The notes under the pieces are model-generated. The model searched no databases. It had not been told where the DNA came from and saw only the letters and a list, made by a program, of their open reading frames with translations. Of a stretch of DNA of 64,000 nucleotides, positions 1-12,675 are shown piece by piece (position 1 is the first letter of the stretch; the number at the start of each line of letters is the position of its first letter). The position numbers and the translations under genes are program-made. The stretch comes from Okamejei kenojei (Eukaryota): assembly GCA_035221665.1 (NCBI GenBank), contig CM069135.1, forward strand, positions 39,122,001 to 39,186,000, in the 5' to 3' direction.

Positions 1-1771
1 CAGATGAATAAGATGCAGGAACTCTCTGCCACTGATATATGTGACATAATTTGTTATAATATCAACATAAGTTAATGTCAATTTGAAATGTAGGAATGCA
101 GATTTAAATATCAGTTGAAGATAAAAACAAGAAGATTCAATTGCTAATCTTTGAATTTTAGCAACTGTAAGTGATTCCCCACAGTCTTCACATTGCTGTG
201 TCTGTGTGCATCATTTTCTCTCATCAATCCATGTCTACGGTTCAAATTCTTGGCACACATGTAACAACTCCAAACTTGTTTTCCTCCCAGAATTTGCAAA
301 CAAGTTTCCATAATCATTGGAAACCATCTAGATCAAGGACAAGCAGTTATCACTTATTAGTGAGCATGGACAGTAGAAGTTTGCACGGTCTTTAACTGAT
401 GCTTCACTTCCGTGTCAGTTATACAGATGTGAATATTCAGTTCACTAGAAATTACGCTATCTCCTCAATACCTCTCCTCATCTTTCTCATGGTCATCAAT
501 CTCCTAATCCTGTTACATCCACTCCCAATCAAGACCCCCAATATCCTTCCCAAATTCCTAGCTCCAGGTTTGGACTTGTCCTCTGGTCCCAATTCAAACC
601 TCATTGCCAAGAACCTCCCCCCACTAATGACACCCTCCCCCCCCCCTCCACTTCTTCAAAACCCTAATCTTGGCTTCAAAACCCCAGGACTCAATTGTTG
701 ACATATAACACCAACTCCTAACCCGTTGCTGGAACCAGCCATCAATCCAATCCTTGATCATTGGTCCAGACCCCAATCTCCAGCTCAACTTCCACACTCA
801 AAATCATTTCCCCAACAACTTCAATACAATAATATCAGACTTGATGCTGTTAGCTGTTGCAGTCTCTGGTTGTGATTTTAGGAATCCTTGGTTTGAGAAG
901 TACAGCAATGTAATAATAGCCCGAAACAGCACTTCACTGCATCACCCCCTCCAACCCCGCCCCCCCCCCCCCCCCCCCCCCCCCCCCGCCCCCCCCCCAC
1001 CCCCCCCCCCCCCCCCGCTTCACTTCAACCGCAAGCTTTAATTTTAATTAGATTGTGTCCAATAATGGGGAAACATCAGTCCTCACTCTTGTAAGTTATT
1101 CTGAGCAAATCACATTGTGTGCCCACCCCAGCCTCAACACCACCATCATCAATACATACCCAAATCTTTTCATTTTTCTTCAATTGTATTACTTCAAAAC
1201 ATTATTTTTATTATTCTATTGTAGCAAATTTAAATAGCCATTTAACTATATCAATTCATGGGAAATTATCTTTTAGTGAAGTTCCAGTACACTCTTTTCC
1301 TCCCGGACAATATTTGGATTTCGGATGGGGGAAAATGTATTATATTTTATTTAGCATGGCTTAAGGTTAACTCCAACCAACTTAGCAGAAGAATCATTGC
1401 TACTAACAAGAGTATTGGATCTGTGCTGCAGAGCAGCTTGTGAGACGGCTCAAATAATGAGCTTCTAACTAAATGTTTGGTTTGATCTTTGCTTGGCCCA
1501 TGGCTGCAAATAATTTAATGCAGCAATTTAATTTAGCAAAGTACGCTGATTGAATAAACAGACAACCAAGTATGGAAAAATTACAAGCAACACTCATTAA
1601 TAGTACAGTAGCATTGTCAGTCCAATGTGACTTTTGGCAGTATGTGGATGATATTGTTAACAAACCGTGACTAATTAACCAACATTATATCAATAAACAT
1701 CATTAGCTGGCTGAGGATATTAGATTGCAGTTGCAATCTACAAAAACTTATCACACTACAACTTATATTGC

Positions 1772-1945
1772 TTTCCAAGAGAGAGTTAGATATAGCTCTT
1801 AGAGCTAACGGAATCAAGGGATATGGGGAAAAAGCAGGAACGGGGTACTGATTTTGGATGATCATCCATGATCATATTGAATGACAGTGCCGGCTCGAAG
1901 GGCCGAATGGCCTACTCCTGCATCTATTTTCTATGTTTCTATGTT
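1772..1945 (+). mobile_element. CR1 LINE 3' fragment
   Basis: Matches the 3' end of the longer CR1 copy at about 30190-30365 (gaatggcctactcctgca...) and ends in a (ttctatgt)n tail. Confidence 0.85.
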
Positions 1946-2214
1946 TATTTCCTAAAACTTGGCCCAGAATTAACAGCCAACTAATCATGCAGTAACAAAT
2001 CATAATTACATTGTGCAGGATTCCTGCCAAAATGTATGGCGAGAACCAGGGGCCAACAATTGTGACATTTGCTTGGTGATGAGGCCTCCTGTGGTACAAA
2101 GGTCATGGTGTTGAGGTAAAGGGTAGGTAGTTTCAGAGTGAGGTTTGCCAAAGAAATATTTTAAAGCTGGTCAGTCTAACTCTCTGGCTGGGCCAGCTGT
2201 CAACTATTGAAATT

Positions 2215-2405
2215 AAAGAAATGTGCTGGAGGAACTCAGAGGGTCGAGCAGCATCTCTTGGGGAAAAGGAATTGTCAGCAATTCAGGTTGAAACCCTATA
2301 TCAGGACTGATACAATTTGTAGCCCCCCCACAGATGTTTCTCAACCCACTGGTATCTCCAGTAGTTTATTTTTTGCTCTAGACTCCAGCATCTGCAGTTT
2401 TTGGT
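2215..2405. mobile_element. Penelope-like element (PLE) terminal-repeat fragment in inverted arrangement
   Basis: tgctggaggaactcag...gcagcatct at the left end and ccagcatctgcagtt at the right end; same family as 11415, 27860, 31770 and 37085. Confidence 0.65.
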
Positions 2406-2519
2406 ATATATGTGTAAAATGCAATATGTTTCTGAATATTTTTATCCAAACTATTATTTAAAATATCTCAAACATTTCTGGACTTTCAAAAAGTATTCTA
2501 ATGCATAGGAACAAGAGAG

Positions 2520-2730
2520 GATGGTGGACTCAACAGGCACTGTCCTCCTTCTATCAAAAGCATCCCTATGAGATGCTGCCTCAAGAAAGTGGCATCTATC
2601 ATCAGGTATCTCTACCATCTGGCCATCCCCTCTTCTCACTGCTACTATCAGGCAGGAGGAACGGAAGTCTGAAGTTACAGGTTCAAGAACAGCTACTCTT
2701 CTACAACTGTCAGGTTATTGAACCATCCCA
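2520..2730 (+). mobile_element. Rex1/Babar-type LINE 3' fragment, degenerate
   Basis: Remnant peptide SGHPLFSLLLSGRR...; homologous to the C-terminus of ORF 10490-11158 (HPSHRLFTLLPSGRR). Confidence 0.65.
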
Positions 2731-2749
2731 CACAAGCCTAATCCCACCT

Positions 2750-4030
2750 GATAACATGGGGGAAGATGCTATTACTGAGTCTGGTGGTGTGCTCTTTTAA
2801 GCTTCTGTATATTCTGCCCATCGGGAGCGCGGAGAAGAAGGAATGACTGGAGTTTGTAAGAGGACAAAGGATATTTATTGTCACGTACACCATTTCTGGT
2901 GTAGTGAAATATGAGCTGCCATTTGCAGCACACCAATAAAAATAAGACACAACATTAAAGAAGAATTTAACATAAAACATAAAAGCATCCCCCCCACAAT
3001 GGTTCCCACTGTGAGGGAAGGCAGCAAAGTCCAGTCCTTTTCCTCTTGGTCACCCCGTAGTCGGGGCCTATTTGAGGCCTCCGCATTCGCCGCAACGGCG
3101 GCCTGATGTTACAGGCCCACTCTCCGGATGATGGAGCTCCAGCATTGGGAGATCACTCTTCAGCAGCTTGGAGTACCTGGAACAGCCGCCTCCTCCCCGG
3201 AGACCACAGGCCGCACTGGTCGGAGCTCCGACACTGGCGATCTCAGCGAGAGATCCTAGGCTCCGTGGTGTTCAAAGACAGCACCGCCCGCAGCTGGACG
3301 ATCCTCAACGACAGCTCCGCAATGTTGGAGATGGCGGTCACAGCACTCCGGAGCTTACCACACGGCGACCCGGGTAAGGCATCGCCCACTCATTAGAGTT
3401 ATGCCAAATTTCCTCAGTCTCCACAGGAAGTATAGACATTGAGGTGCCTTATGGTCTATTGCTTCAATATGATTGGCCTACGACAGATTGTTGGTAACAT
3501 TGACTCCAAGGAACTTGAAGCTCTCAGCCATTTCCACTCTGGTACCATTGATGCTAATTGGGGCATGTGGCCCACCATGCTTCCTGATGTCGATAACTAG
3601 CTCTTTTGTTTTGCTGACATTGAGATAAAGGCTGTTGTCCTTAACCATGTAACTAAGTCCTCTATAATCTTACTGTACTCAATCTCGTCATTGCTTGTTA
3701 TCCAGCCCAACGCAGTGGTGTCATCTGCAAACTTGTAGATGGAGTCAGTGCTAAATTAGGCTGTTACGTGGTGAGTGTATAGGGAGTATAGTGAGGGAAT
3801 GTATCCTTATGGGGCACAAGTGTTGAGAATTATTGTGGAAGATGCGTTGTCTCCTATCCTCATTGATTGTGGTTTGTGGGTCAGAAAGTCGAGGATGCAG
3901 TGGCAGAGGAGGGTGCTGCCTCCTAAATCCAGGAGTTTGGAGTTGAGTTAGGATGGGATTATGATGCTGAAGGTGGAGCTGTAGTCAATAGATAGGAGTC
4001 TGACAGAGGTGTTCTTGACGTGCAGGCACT
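2750..4030 (-). mobile_element. Rex1/Babar-type LINE RT fragment, interrupted by 2858-3392
   Basis: gtcatctgcaaactt (KFADD on minus) near 3720 and gctgtagtcaat (IDYS) near 3980; similar to 30365-31770. Confidence 0.75.
2858..3392 (-). mobile_element. Non-autonomous GC-rich retroposon, 5'-truncated copy of the 9035-9903 family
   Basis: Shares the aaggacaaagga..tttatt tail, aaaacatccccccacaa-ggttcccactgtg block and GC-rich body with 9035-9903. Confidence 0.7.
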
Positions 4031-6915
4031 TATCTGGTACTTCTACACCTCAGGCAAAAGTACCGGGGGATCTCAGAGGGTAATCCACCTCATCTCCACT
4101 CCATCAACATTGAGCAGGTGCTGATCCCTGCTAGCTCTTACCTTGATCCATGCTTCCAAAAGAAGTTCCAGTCAGCACATTTTTGTTTCTGAATGTAAGG
4201 TCATAAGTAATAGGAGCAGAATGAGGCCATTCGGCCCATCAAGTCTACTTTGCCATTCAATCATGGCTGATCTATCTCTATCTCCCCCTTCTAACCCCAT
4301 TCTGCTGTCTTCTCACTGACACCATATGACCAATAGTCTGCCCTATTGCATGTGACTGAGAGCCAAGTTACATTTTCAGCAGGAGGTTAATGATGGAAAT
4401 GGTCATTGGTGTCCCCTGTTCCAAACGACTCCACAGCCCTTAAGGTGTAACAACTTTTAGTCATTAAATGTTTAAAATACAAAACTGCCATTCCTCGGTC
4501 TTGTACACGCTTCACTGATAAATAGCATTTTGTGCCATTTCAGATTATAATTATTTCAACCTAACTATTCATCTTTTAAAGATGATTTTATTTTATTGCA
4601 GTAATATAATCCTTAATGGCTTTTCTGCTAAATCGGTCCCAATATCTAGGCAGCGTTGACTGTTAGATTTTGAATGCATGAAATTGAACTTAAACTGGAA
4701 GATTGTTGGAAGAGATATATCTAACATCAATGAATGACATTGAGAAATGTCCATCGAAATAATGGATTATTTGAAATGGGACTGAAATGAAATGAACCAT
4801 TATGATTGGACAGTGACAGCAGTGCTCAATTACAAACATGAGTTGACGATTTCAGAATTCATATTTGCTTTTTGCAGTTTAATATACTTTCAGTCAGCAG
4901 AGAACCAGTGAAACCCTGCAGCTAAGTTGATCAGAATTGAACATTTAGAACAGATGGATGTAGATTCTTATTATGAGTCATATCATTTTCTCTTCTACAG
5001 GAATTTCACAGAACAAAACAGCTACCGGTTTCAAAGAATATTCAATTTGCTGCTTTGATATTCAGTCAGTTATGAAGTTCATTTCATATTATCAATTTAA
5101 CTGTTCCTCCAATATTTGCAGGAAATAATATATAGTTAGAAATGCATGGCACAAATACGCTGAAATACGCTCTGATTTGCTCAGGAAATAGTTGGGAAAT
5201 AAGTTCGTTAGTAATGGGAGCAGAATTTGGCCATTTGGCCCTTCGAGTCTACTCCATCATACAATCATGGCTGATCAATCTTTCCTTCTCAACCCTATTC
5301 TCCCCATAACCTTTGACATCCTTACAAATCAAGATCCTATCAATCTACACTTTACAAATACCTAAGAATTTGGCCTCCACAGCTGTCTGTGGCAATGAAT
5401 TCCACAGATTTACCACCCTCAGGTTAAAGAAATTCTTCCTCATCTCCGTTATCAAGGTATGTCCTTTTATGAATTACATGGCTCAGGCTCTCTGGTCCTA
5501 GACTCTCCCTCTACTGGAAACACCCTCCCTACATCCACTCTATCCAGGCCTTTCAATATTCAGTAAGTTTCAAAGAGGTCTCCCCTTATCCTTCTAAACT
5601 CCAGTGAGTACAGGCCCAGAACCATAAAACACTCATCATACATTAGCCCATTCACCCCCAGGAACTCGTAAACCTCCTCTGGACCCTCACCAACACCAGC
5701 ACATCTCTCCTCAGATATGGGGCTCAAAGCTGCTCACAGTACTCCAAATGTAGTCTGACCAGTGCCTTATAAAACCTCAACATTACATCCCTGCTTTTAT
5801 ATTCTAGCCCTCTCAAAATGAATACAAACATAGCATTTGCCTTCCGGTCATATCACTAACAGTCCGGCTTGCAAATTAATCTTTTGGGAATCCTGCACCA
5901 GCACCCACAAGTACCTTTGCAGATCCGATTTCTGAATCCTCTCTATAGTCTATGCCTTTATTCCTACTACCAAAGTGCATGACTGCACATTTTGCTATGC
6001 TGTATTCCATTTGACACTTCTTGCCAAATCTTCCAACCTGTCCAAGTCCTTCTAGAGACTCACTGCTTCCTGTGCACTACCTGCCCTCCACCTATCGCTG
6101 TATCATCCGTCAACTTGGCCACAAAGCCATTAATTCCACCATCCAATCACTAATTTGCAACGTGAAAAGTAGCAGACCCAACATCGACCCCTGCAGAACA
6201 CTAGTCACTGGCAGCCAACCAGAGAAAGCCCCCTTTATTCCCATTCTTTGCCTTCTGCCATTCAATCAACCTGTTATCCATGCTAATATCTTCCCTCCAA
6301 TACCAAGGGCTGTTCTTGTTTAGCAGCCTCACGTATGGCACTTTATCGAAGCTCTTCTGAAAATCCAAGTAAACAAAATCCACTGACTCTCCTTTGTCTA
6401 TCCTGCTATTTATTTCCTTAAACAATTCCAACAGATTCATCAAGCAAGGTTTCTCCATTCAGAAAGCATGCTGACTTTAGCTTATTTAATCATGTGCATC
6501 TAAGTACTCGGAAACCTCATCCATGATAATCTATATATTACTAAAACACTTTGTCTCGTTTGTTTGTGTGTGTGCGTGTGTGTGTGTGCGTGTGTGTGAA
6601 TCTGATTAATTTTCCTATTTTCCTATGTTCTTCCAAATGCTAGACCACAGCCTTCCCATTTTCATACATCCTACTCACATTTTTCCTGTCGAGGTGATAA
6701 ACATCTTCCCGTCGCCTTCCCACCTATATTTCCGAACTTTTTAATCGTTTAAAGTTTTAAAAACAGCCCGAAAACCCATCCATTTTGGAAAAGAAAACTC
6801 GAGTGATGTCACAATGCACTCATAGGGCAGAACAGGACACTCCGGGCGGGAGGGGCACTCCAGCGCTCGCGGTGAACAAGGAGTGGTGGCGGGTGGTGGC
6901 GGCTGCTGGCGCCCG

Positions 6916-7183
6916 ATGCCTGATGGGGAGGGTGGTGCTGGAGCTGGAGTGAAGGCCGAGCCCAGGGCTTGGGAAGGGGCCGTGACCGGGGCCAAAAAAG
7001 AAGCCGACGCTGGAACCAAGGATGAGCCTGGGTCTGGGATCAGGGACGAGCCCGGAGATGAAGTCGGGCCCTGCACTGGAGCCCAGGCGGCTGCTGAGCT
7101 GATGGCTGGAGTCCACATCCAGGGCCGGGCCGAGCATGAGAACCAGGCCGAGTTCCAGGCCATGGCGACGCTCTACGACCTGG
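6916..7183 (+). pseudogene. Putative captured first coding exon of an unidentified host gene
   Basis: CpG-rich open frame MPDGEGGAGAGVKAEP...AEHENQAEFQAMATLYDL ending at the donor-like CTGG|GTAGGT (GT at 7184); GC box upstream. Identity not recognised. Confidence 0.45.
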
Positions 7184-7199
7184 GTAGGTTCTGGGGCAG

Positions 7200-7655
7200 G
7201 GAATGGGAGTGAGGGGAGGAGGATGAGGGAAATGAGGGGGAGGGAGATGGGGAGGGGCGGAGGAGGGAGATGCACCCTCCCTATCTACCCTCACTCCCAC
7301 CCTCTCTGCCCCCCTCTCTCTCTACCACCCTCCCTCTCTACCCCCTCCCTCTCCATCCCATGCCCTCTCGCTCTCTACCCTCCCACCCCCCCCCCCCCCC
7401 CCACTCTACCCCCCTCCCTCTCCCTCTACCCCCTCCCTCTCTCTCTCTACCCCCCCTCCCACTCTGCCCCTCTCCCTCTCTAACCCCGTCACCTTTCCTC
7501 TACCCTCCCTCTCTACTCCCCTCCCCTCCCTCTCCCTCTCTAACCCTCTCCCCTCCCTCTCTACCTACATCCCCCTCCCCCTCTCTATCTACCCCTTCAC
7601 TCTCTGCCCCCCTCCCTCTCTACCACCCCTCCCTCTCTACCCCTCTCCCTCCCTA
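7200..7655 (+). repeat. G-rich then C/T-rich low-complexity tract
   Basis: ggggag runs followed by (ccctctctac)-like degenerate repeats. Confidence 0.9.
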
Positions 7656-8559
7656 TGGATTGGAGGAGGAGGAGGGAGTGCTGGGGGATGAGGAGAATGA
7701 GCCGCGCCTGTGCAGTTGGGGGCTATGCGTGAGTGGTACAATATTGAGTTGGGGTAACGGCTTGCGTTGGGGGAACGGGTTAGTGGTGGAATCTTGCGTT
7801 GGGGGAACAGGTCTACACTTGGTCTACTGGATTTCAATATTTTACCAACCACTGAATTTCAGGCTAACCTGCTTCTCCCCTTTTGCCTCACCCCTTTCAT
7901 TACTGCCTATAGTGATTCTTGAAAGATCACTACTTATGTCCCTCAATCTATAAAGCTACCTCTTTCAAAACCCTGCAGTGTAATCCATCTGGTCCAGGTG
8001 ACATCCATCTTCAGACCTTTTAGCTCCCCAAGCACCTTCTCCTTGGTAATAGCAACTCCTGCCTAATAACTAACTTCTGCCCCCTAACGCTCTTGAATTT
8101 CTGGCATATTACTTGTGTCTCCCGCTGTGAAGACTGAAATAAAAAAACGTATGCAATTCAACCAACATTTCTTTATTCCCCAGTACAATTTCTCCAGCTC
8201 GATTTTCCAGTGGTCCAACGTACACTATTGCCTATCTTTTAATCTTTATATATCTGAAGAAACTATTGCCTATCTTTTAATCTTTATATATCTGAAGCAC
8301 GTCTTCTGAATTACTCCCAGAAACTTCTGCCATTGCTGTTCCATCATCATTCCTGCTAGGGTCCCTTTCCAATCAACTTTAGCCAGCTCCTTCCACATGC
8401 CTTTGTAGTTACTTTGACGCAACAGTAATACCAAAACATCTAATTTCATCTTCACCCTCTCCAACTGTAGGTTGTATTTTATCATATTATAGTCACTGGT
8501 TAGAGTTCGGAGTCGGTCACCAACCAAGTCAGCTCCCGATGTTATCGTTCACAGTGTCC

Positions 8560-8807
8560 NNNNNNNNNNNNNNNNNNNNNNNNNNNNNNNNNNNNNNNNN
8601 NNNNNNNNNNNNNNNNNNNNNNNNNNNNNNNNNNNNNNNNNNNNNNNNNNNNNNNNNNNNNNNNNNNNNNNNNNNNNNNNNNNNNNNNNNNNNNNNNNNN
8701 NNNNNNNNNNNNNNNNNNNNNNNNNNNNNNNNNNNNNNNNNNNNNNNNNNNNNNNNNNNNNNNNNNNNNNNNNNNNNNNNNNNNNNNNNNNNNNNNNNNN
8801 NNNNNNN
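8560..8807. other. Assembly gap
   Basis: Run of N. Confidence 1.
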
Positions 8808-9034
8808 CCCCCATGTGTTGATAGTGATTTCCGCCCCCGAGCTATGCTGTAGCTAATTTGCACGGAGAAAGGTGATGATGTCCACACGCAGAATTTATTT
8901 TACCACCGGAATGAAAATTAATACAAGGAAGCATGTGGAAAAACTAACAAGGTACACCCGGTTGCCCTGAGATCTGGTCATGTAAGGAGCTAGATACAAG
9001 GATCTGCAAATGCTGATTTACAATAAGAAATACG

Positions 9035-9903
9035 ACAAAGGACAAAGGACATTTATTATCACATACACCAATTGATGCAGTGAAATTTGACTTGCCAATG
9101 CAGCACACGAGTAAAGATAATACACAACATTAAAGAATTTAATAGTAAACGTAAAAACATCCCCCCACAAAGGTTCCCACTGTGGGGTAAGGCAACAAAG
9201 TCCAGTCCCATCCCCAGTTCACCTATAGTCGGGCCTATTGAGGCCTCTGCAGTCGCCGCTAAGGCAGCGTGATGCTTCAGGCCCTCTCGCCGGATGATGA
9301 AGCTCTGGCGTCGGGTGAACATTCCTCAGCGACCCGGAATGTCTAGAGCAGCCACTTCCTCCCCGAAGACCACGGCTCACAAAGTCCACAAGCCGCGCTG
9401 GTCAGAGCTCCGACTCTGGCCACCTCCATGATATTCCAGGCTCCGCAGTTTTTAAAGCTCAGCGCTGCCCACGGCTGGAAGCTCCACAGACCGCAGACCG
9501 CAGACCGCAGATCGCAGACCGCAGCTCTGCGATGTTGGAGTCGGCGGTCCCAGCCCCCCGGAGCCACCGCACGGCGACCCTGGCAAGGCATCGCCTGCTC
9601 CACGATGGCGCTCCAGCGCTGAGCTGCCGCCGAAGCTGAAGTCCCGGTTGGTCCCAGCAGGAAAACGCTGCTCCAGACTGCCGGTAGGCCGCGAGGAAGG
9701 GACGAAAACACAGCACGGAGAAAAGCCGCATCTAACCAGGTAGGTACTGGGAAAAATAGTTTCCCCCTTTTCCCACCCCACCCCCCACATAAAAAGACTA
9801 AAAGACCTCCAAAACAAACACTTTTAACTAACTAATAATTTTAAAAAAAGGTGAAAACACTAACAGCTGCTGGCAGGGCAGCCATACTCGACGGCGCCCC
9901 CTA
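9035..9903 (-). mobile_element. Non-autonomous retroposon (about 870 bp) nested in a PLE fragment spanning about 8995-10315
   Basis: On minus: 5' ggggcgccgtcgagtatggctgcc, a GC-rich body with (ctgcggt)n, AATAAA and a (ttgtcct)n tail. The flanks continue the PLE motif (tgctgatttac...|...taacacagcgggttaggc). Confidence 0.7.
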
Positions 9904-10406
9904 AAGCTATAACACAGCGGGTTAGGCATGGATATGAAACGTTTTGGGTCGGGACCTTTTTAATGCACACCCTCTCCTTTTGTACCCATCTCTTCCCTGT
10001 GCTCCACATGGGCGCGCATCAATTTCTTCCTTACCCCTTCCCTTTGTCCCCTTTCACCTGGCTTCACATTTCACAACTGATCCATCATTATCTCCTTAGC
10101 TCACACTTTTTGTCTTTTCATGGCTGACCTTTGTATGTCCAACCATCGTCAATTAATCTCCCCGCCCCCCATCTGTGTCCAGCTATCAATTGTCAAGATT
10201 TTTCTCACCCCCCCTCTTTCAGCTTTCTTCTCCCCCTACTACAATCAGTCTGAAGAAGGGTTCTGGCCCAAAACATTGCCAATCCATATACACCAGAGAT
10301 GCTGCCAGACCCAATGTAAGGTGCTACCCTGCTATATTGATGAAATATGGCAACCATCACAGTGGAAGAATGTAAATATAAGGACAGAGAGAGCAACCCA
10401 CAACAT

Positions 10407-11383
10407 AATCCCGCTACTCCCTCTTCACCTATGACTGCACACCTGTACATGGTTCTAACACTATCATCAAGTATGCAGATGATACAACGGTGATTGGCCT
10501 CATCAGCGACAATGATGAGTCGGCCTATAGGGAGGAGGTTCAGCTCGAAGCAGCATGGTGCGCCGACAACAACCTGGCCCTTAACTCCAAGAAGACCAAG
10601 GAGCTCATTGTGGACTACAGAAGATCTAGGGGCTGCACGCACACCCCCATCCATATTAACGGGACGGAGGTGGAATGTGTTTCCAGCAGGTTTCTGGGGG
10701 TCAACATCTCTGATGACCTCTCATGGACCCACAATACCTCAACACTGGTCAAGAGGGCTCACCAGCGTCTCTTCTTTCTGAGGAGACTAAAGAAGGTCCA
10801 TCTGTCTCCTCAGATTCTGGTGAACGTCTACCGCTGCACCATCGAGAGCATCCTTACCAACTGTATCACAGTATGGTATGGCAACTGCTCTGTCTCCGAC
10901 CGGAAAGCACTGCAGAGGGTGGTGAAAACCGCCCAACGCTTCACCGGTTCCTCACTCCCCTCCATTGAGTCTGTCCAAAGCAAGCGATGTCTGCGAAGGG
11001 CACGCAGCATCAGCAAGGACTGCTCTCACCCCAGCCACAGACTGTTTACCCTCCTCCCATCCGGGAGGCGCTGCAGGTCTCACCATTGCCGGACCAGCAG
11101 GTTCAGGAACAGCTTCTTCCCTGCAGCTGTTACACTACTTAACTCTGCACCTCGGTGATTGCCAATCACCCCCCCCCCCCCCCCCCCCCCCCCACCGGAC
11201 ACTCCTTCCCCCAATAAAATTGCACTACTGATACTGTTTGTACATATATATATATTACTGTTCATTATTCTATGTTCGCTCTTCTGGGTGAGATGCTAAC
11301 TGCATTTCGTTGTCTCTGTACTGTACACTGCACAATGACAATTAAAAATTGAATTGATTGAATTGAATTGAATTGAATTGAAT
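10407..11383 (+). mobile_element. Rex1/Babar-type LINE, 5'-truncated; RT C-terminal ORF 10490-11158
   Basis: YADDTTVIGLI..., RLFFLRRLKK...YRCTIESILTNCITVWYGNC; 3'UTR and (aattg)n tail at 11345-11383. Confidence 0.9.
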
Positions 11384-11414
11384 AATACTGTCCATAACCA
11401 TGTTATTGTGTACG

Positions 11415-11577
11415 AATGAACTGCAGATGTTGGTTTAAACCGAAGATAGACACAAAATCCTTGAGTAAATCAACGGGACAGGCACCATCTCTGGAGAAAA
11501 GGATGGGTTTCGACCCATTCCTTCTGTCCAGAGATGTTGCCTGTCCCGCTGAGTTTCTCCAGCACTTTGTGTCTAAC
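11415..11577. mobile_element. PLE-derived inverted-repeat (hairpin) fragment
   Basis: agacacaaaat...cgggacaggcaccatctctggag is answered by its reverse complement ccagagatgttgcctgtcccgctgag...ttgtgtct. Confidence 0.8.
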
Positions 11578-12449
11578 CATGTTACTGACAGTTTACACAT
11601 TGCTCTCTGTCTTTTTATACTGAGTACTAATAATAAAGGCCATGTTTATTTATTTTTTTAGCAGCCAATGCCAAGATGGATTTCTGTTTCCGTGTGGTAC
11701 TATTGCTGCTCAAAACAGACACAATCTACAGACACTCCAATATAAATTAAGTGGCACACTTTGTGCTTGTTCTGATCCATGTAACTTTTTGACTGCAGAG
11801 AAAATATGACTCGATTTCTCTCAACATTTTCAACTGATTTCTGTGCAAAACAAGTGCTTATCAATGGATTTGTTAAACTGTCAGTAACTCTAGTTTTTCA
11901 ACTGTCACCAATTTTCCATTCAATGGTTTCTGAAGGATCACTCAGTACTTTTCATATATACCCAAGAATATCCAGCAGGATTACATCATGTGTGTCATTA
12001 TTCATTTACCCTTCCCTTTCAATAATTGACTGGTAAATGATTGAGTTGCAAATTTAAGAAACATGATCGGAGTTGTTGCACAATATCAGCCCAGGACCTG
12101 GTGAAAGTGGCTCACTGCCCACACCACCGCCGTCGTCAATAAATTGACAAATCTTGTTGGACAATGAAAATTTTCACTGGAAAGCTGCCGACGTTGAGTT
12201 TATTGCCCCTGTCGATACAAGCAAAGTTGGAACTTTGACTGCAGAACTGCCAACTTTAGAACTCACAAACCTGCTAACAGATGCCGGTCAGCAAACCTAT
12301 CTGATCTCCCCGTTGCTGGACTGTCCTTGAAGTGGAGGGCGGTGGGGGGGAGGGTGTATGTAGAAGTTACCTAATGTCTAGTTAACTTTCACTTAACCAG
12401 TTCCACAATTCACAATGATGTATTTCTCTTTGGATCACACCTTTCTGAG

Positions 12450-12675
12450 CCAACAATTGGCATATCAGGAAACCATCCTGCCTAAGATCATCAAATACTC
12501 ACTCTGGTTTGTCCTGGACTTTTCTTGTTACCAGCTTCCACCCCCACCCCATAATCAGTCTGAAGAAGGGTCCCATCCCTTCGCCCATTTATTTTCTCCA
12601 GAGATGCTGCATGACCCACGAAGTTACTCCAGTATTTTGTGTCTATCTTTGGTATAGGCCAGCATCTGCAGTTCC
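12450..12675 (+). mobile_element. PLE terminal-repeat fragment
   Basis: cagtctgaagaagggtc...ccagagatgctgc...ctccagtattttgtgtcta...ccagcatctgcagttc. Confidence 0.75.

Larger units (their letters stand above)
6530..7827 (+). mobile_element. Non-autonomous Helitron-type element carrying a GC-rich exon-like cassette
   Basis: Starts TCTATATATTACTAAAA directly after an A and ends GGTCTAC directly before a T. The CR1 flanks rejoin (gataa|tggatttc) with no TSD. Its 5' end is shared with 63771 and its 3' region (ttgcgttggggga...cactt.gtcta) with 19470-19531. Confidence 0.75.
5200..8497 (-). mobile_element. CR1 LINE, degraded ORF2, interrupted by a Helitron-type element
   Basis: ORF 6201-6458 (NLLELF...VYLDFQKSFDKVP) and ORF 8270-8527 are CR1 ORF2 remnants; 3' end near 5200. 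Confidence 0.85.

Noticed and set aside
754-1041. Polyproline ORF
   Set aside because: Produced by a poly-C tract at about 950-1017; no other coding signal.
4985-5075. Strong acceptor-like site ttttctcttctacag at about 5000
   Set aside because: Followed by a short unrecognised frame and no clear donor; insufficient evidence.
7270-7953. 227-aa Pro/Ser/Leu-rich ORF
   Set aside because: Stop-free C/T low-complexity DNA running across the Helitron and CR1 boundary.
8539-8887. ORFs spanning N runs (also 58621-58881)
   Set aside because: Artefacts of assembly gaps.
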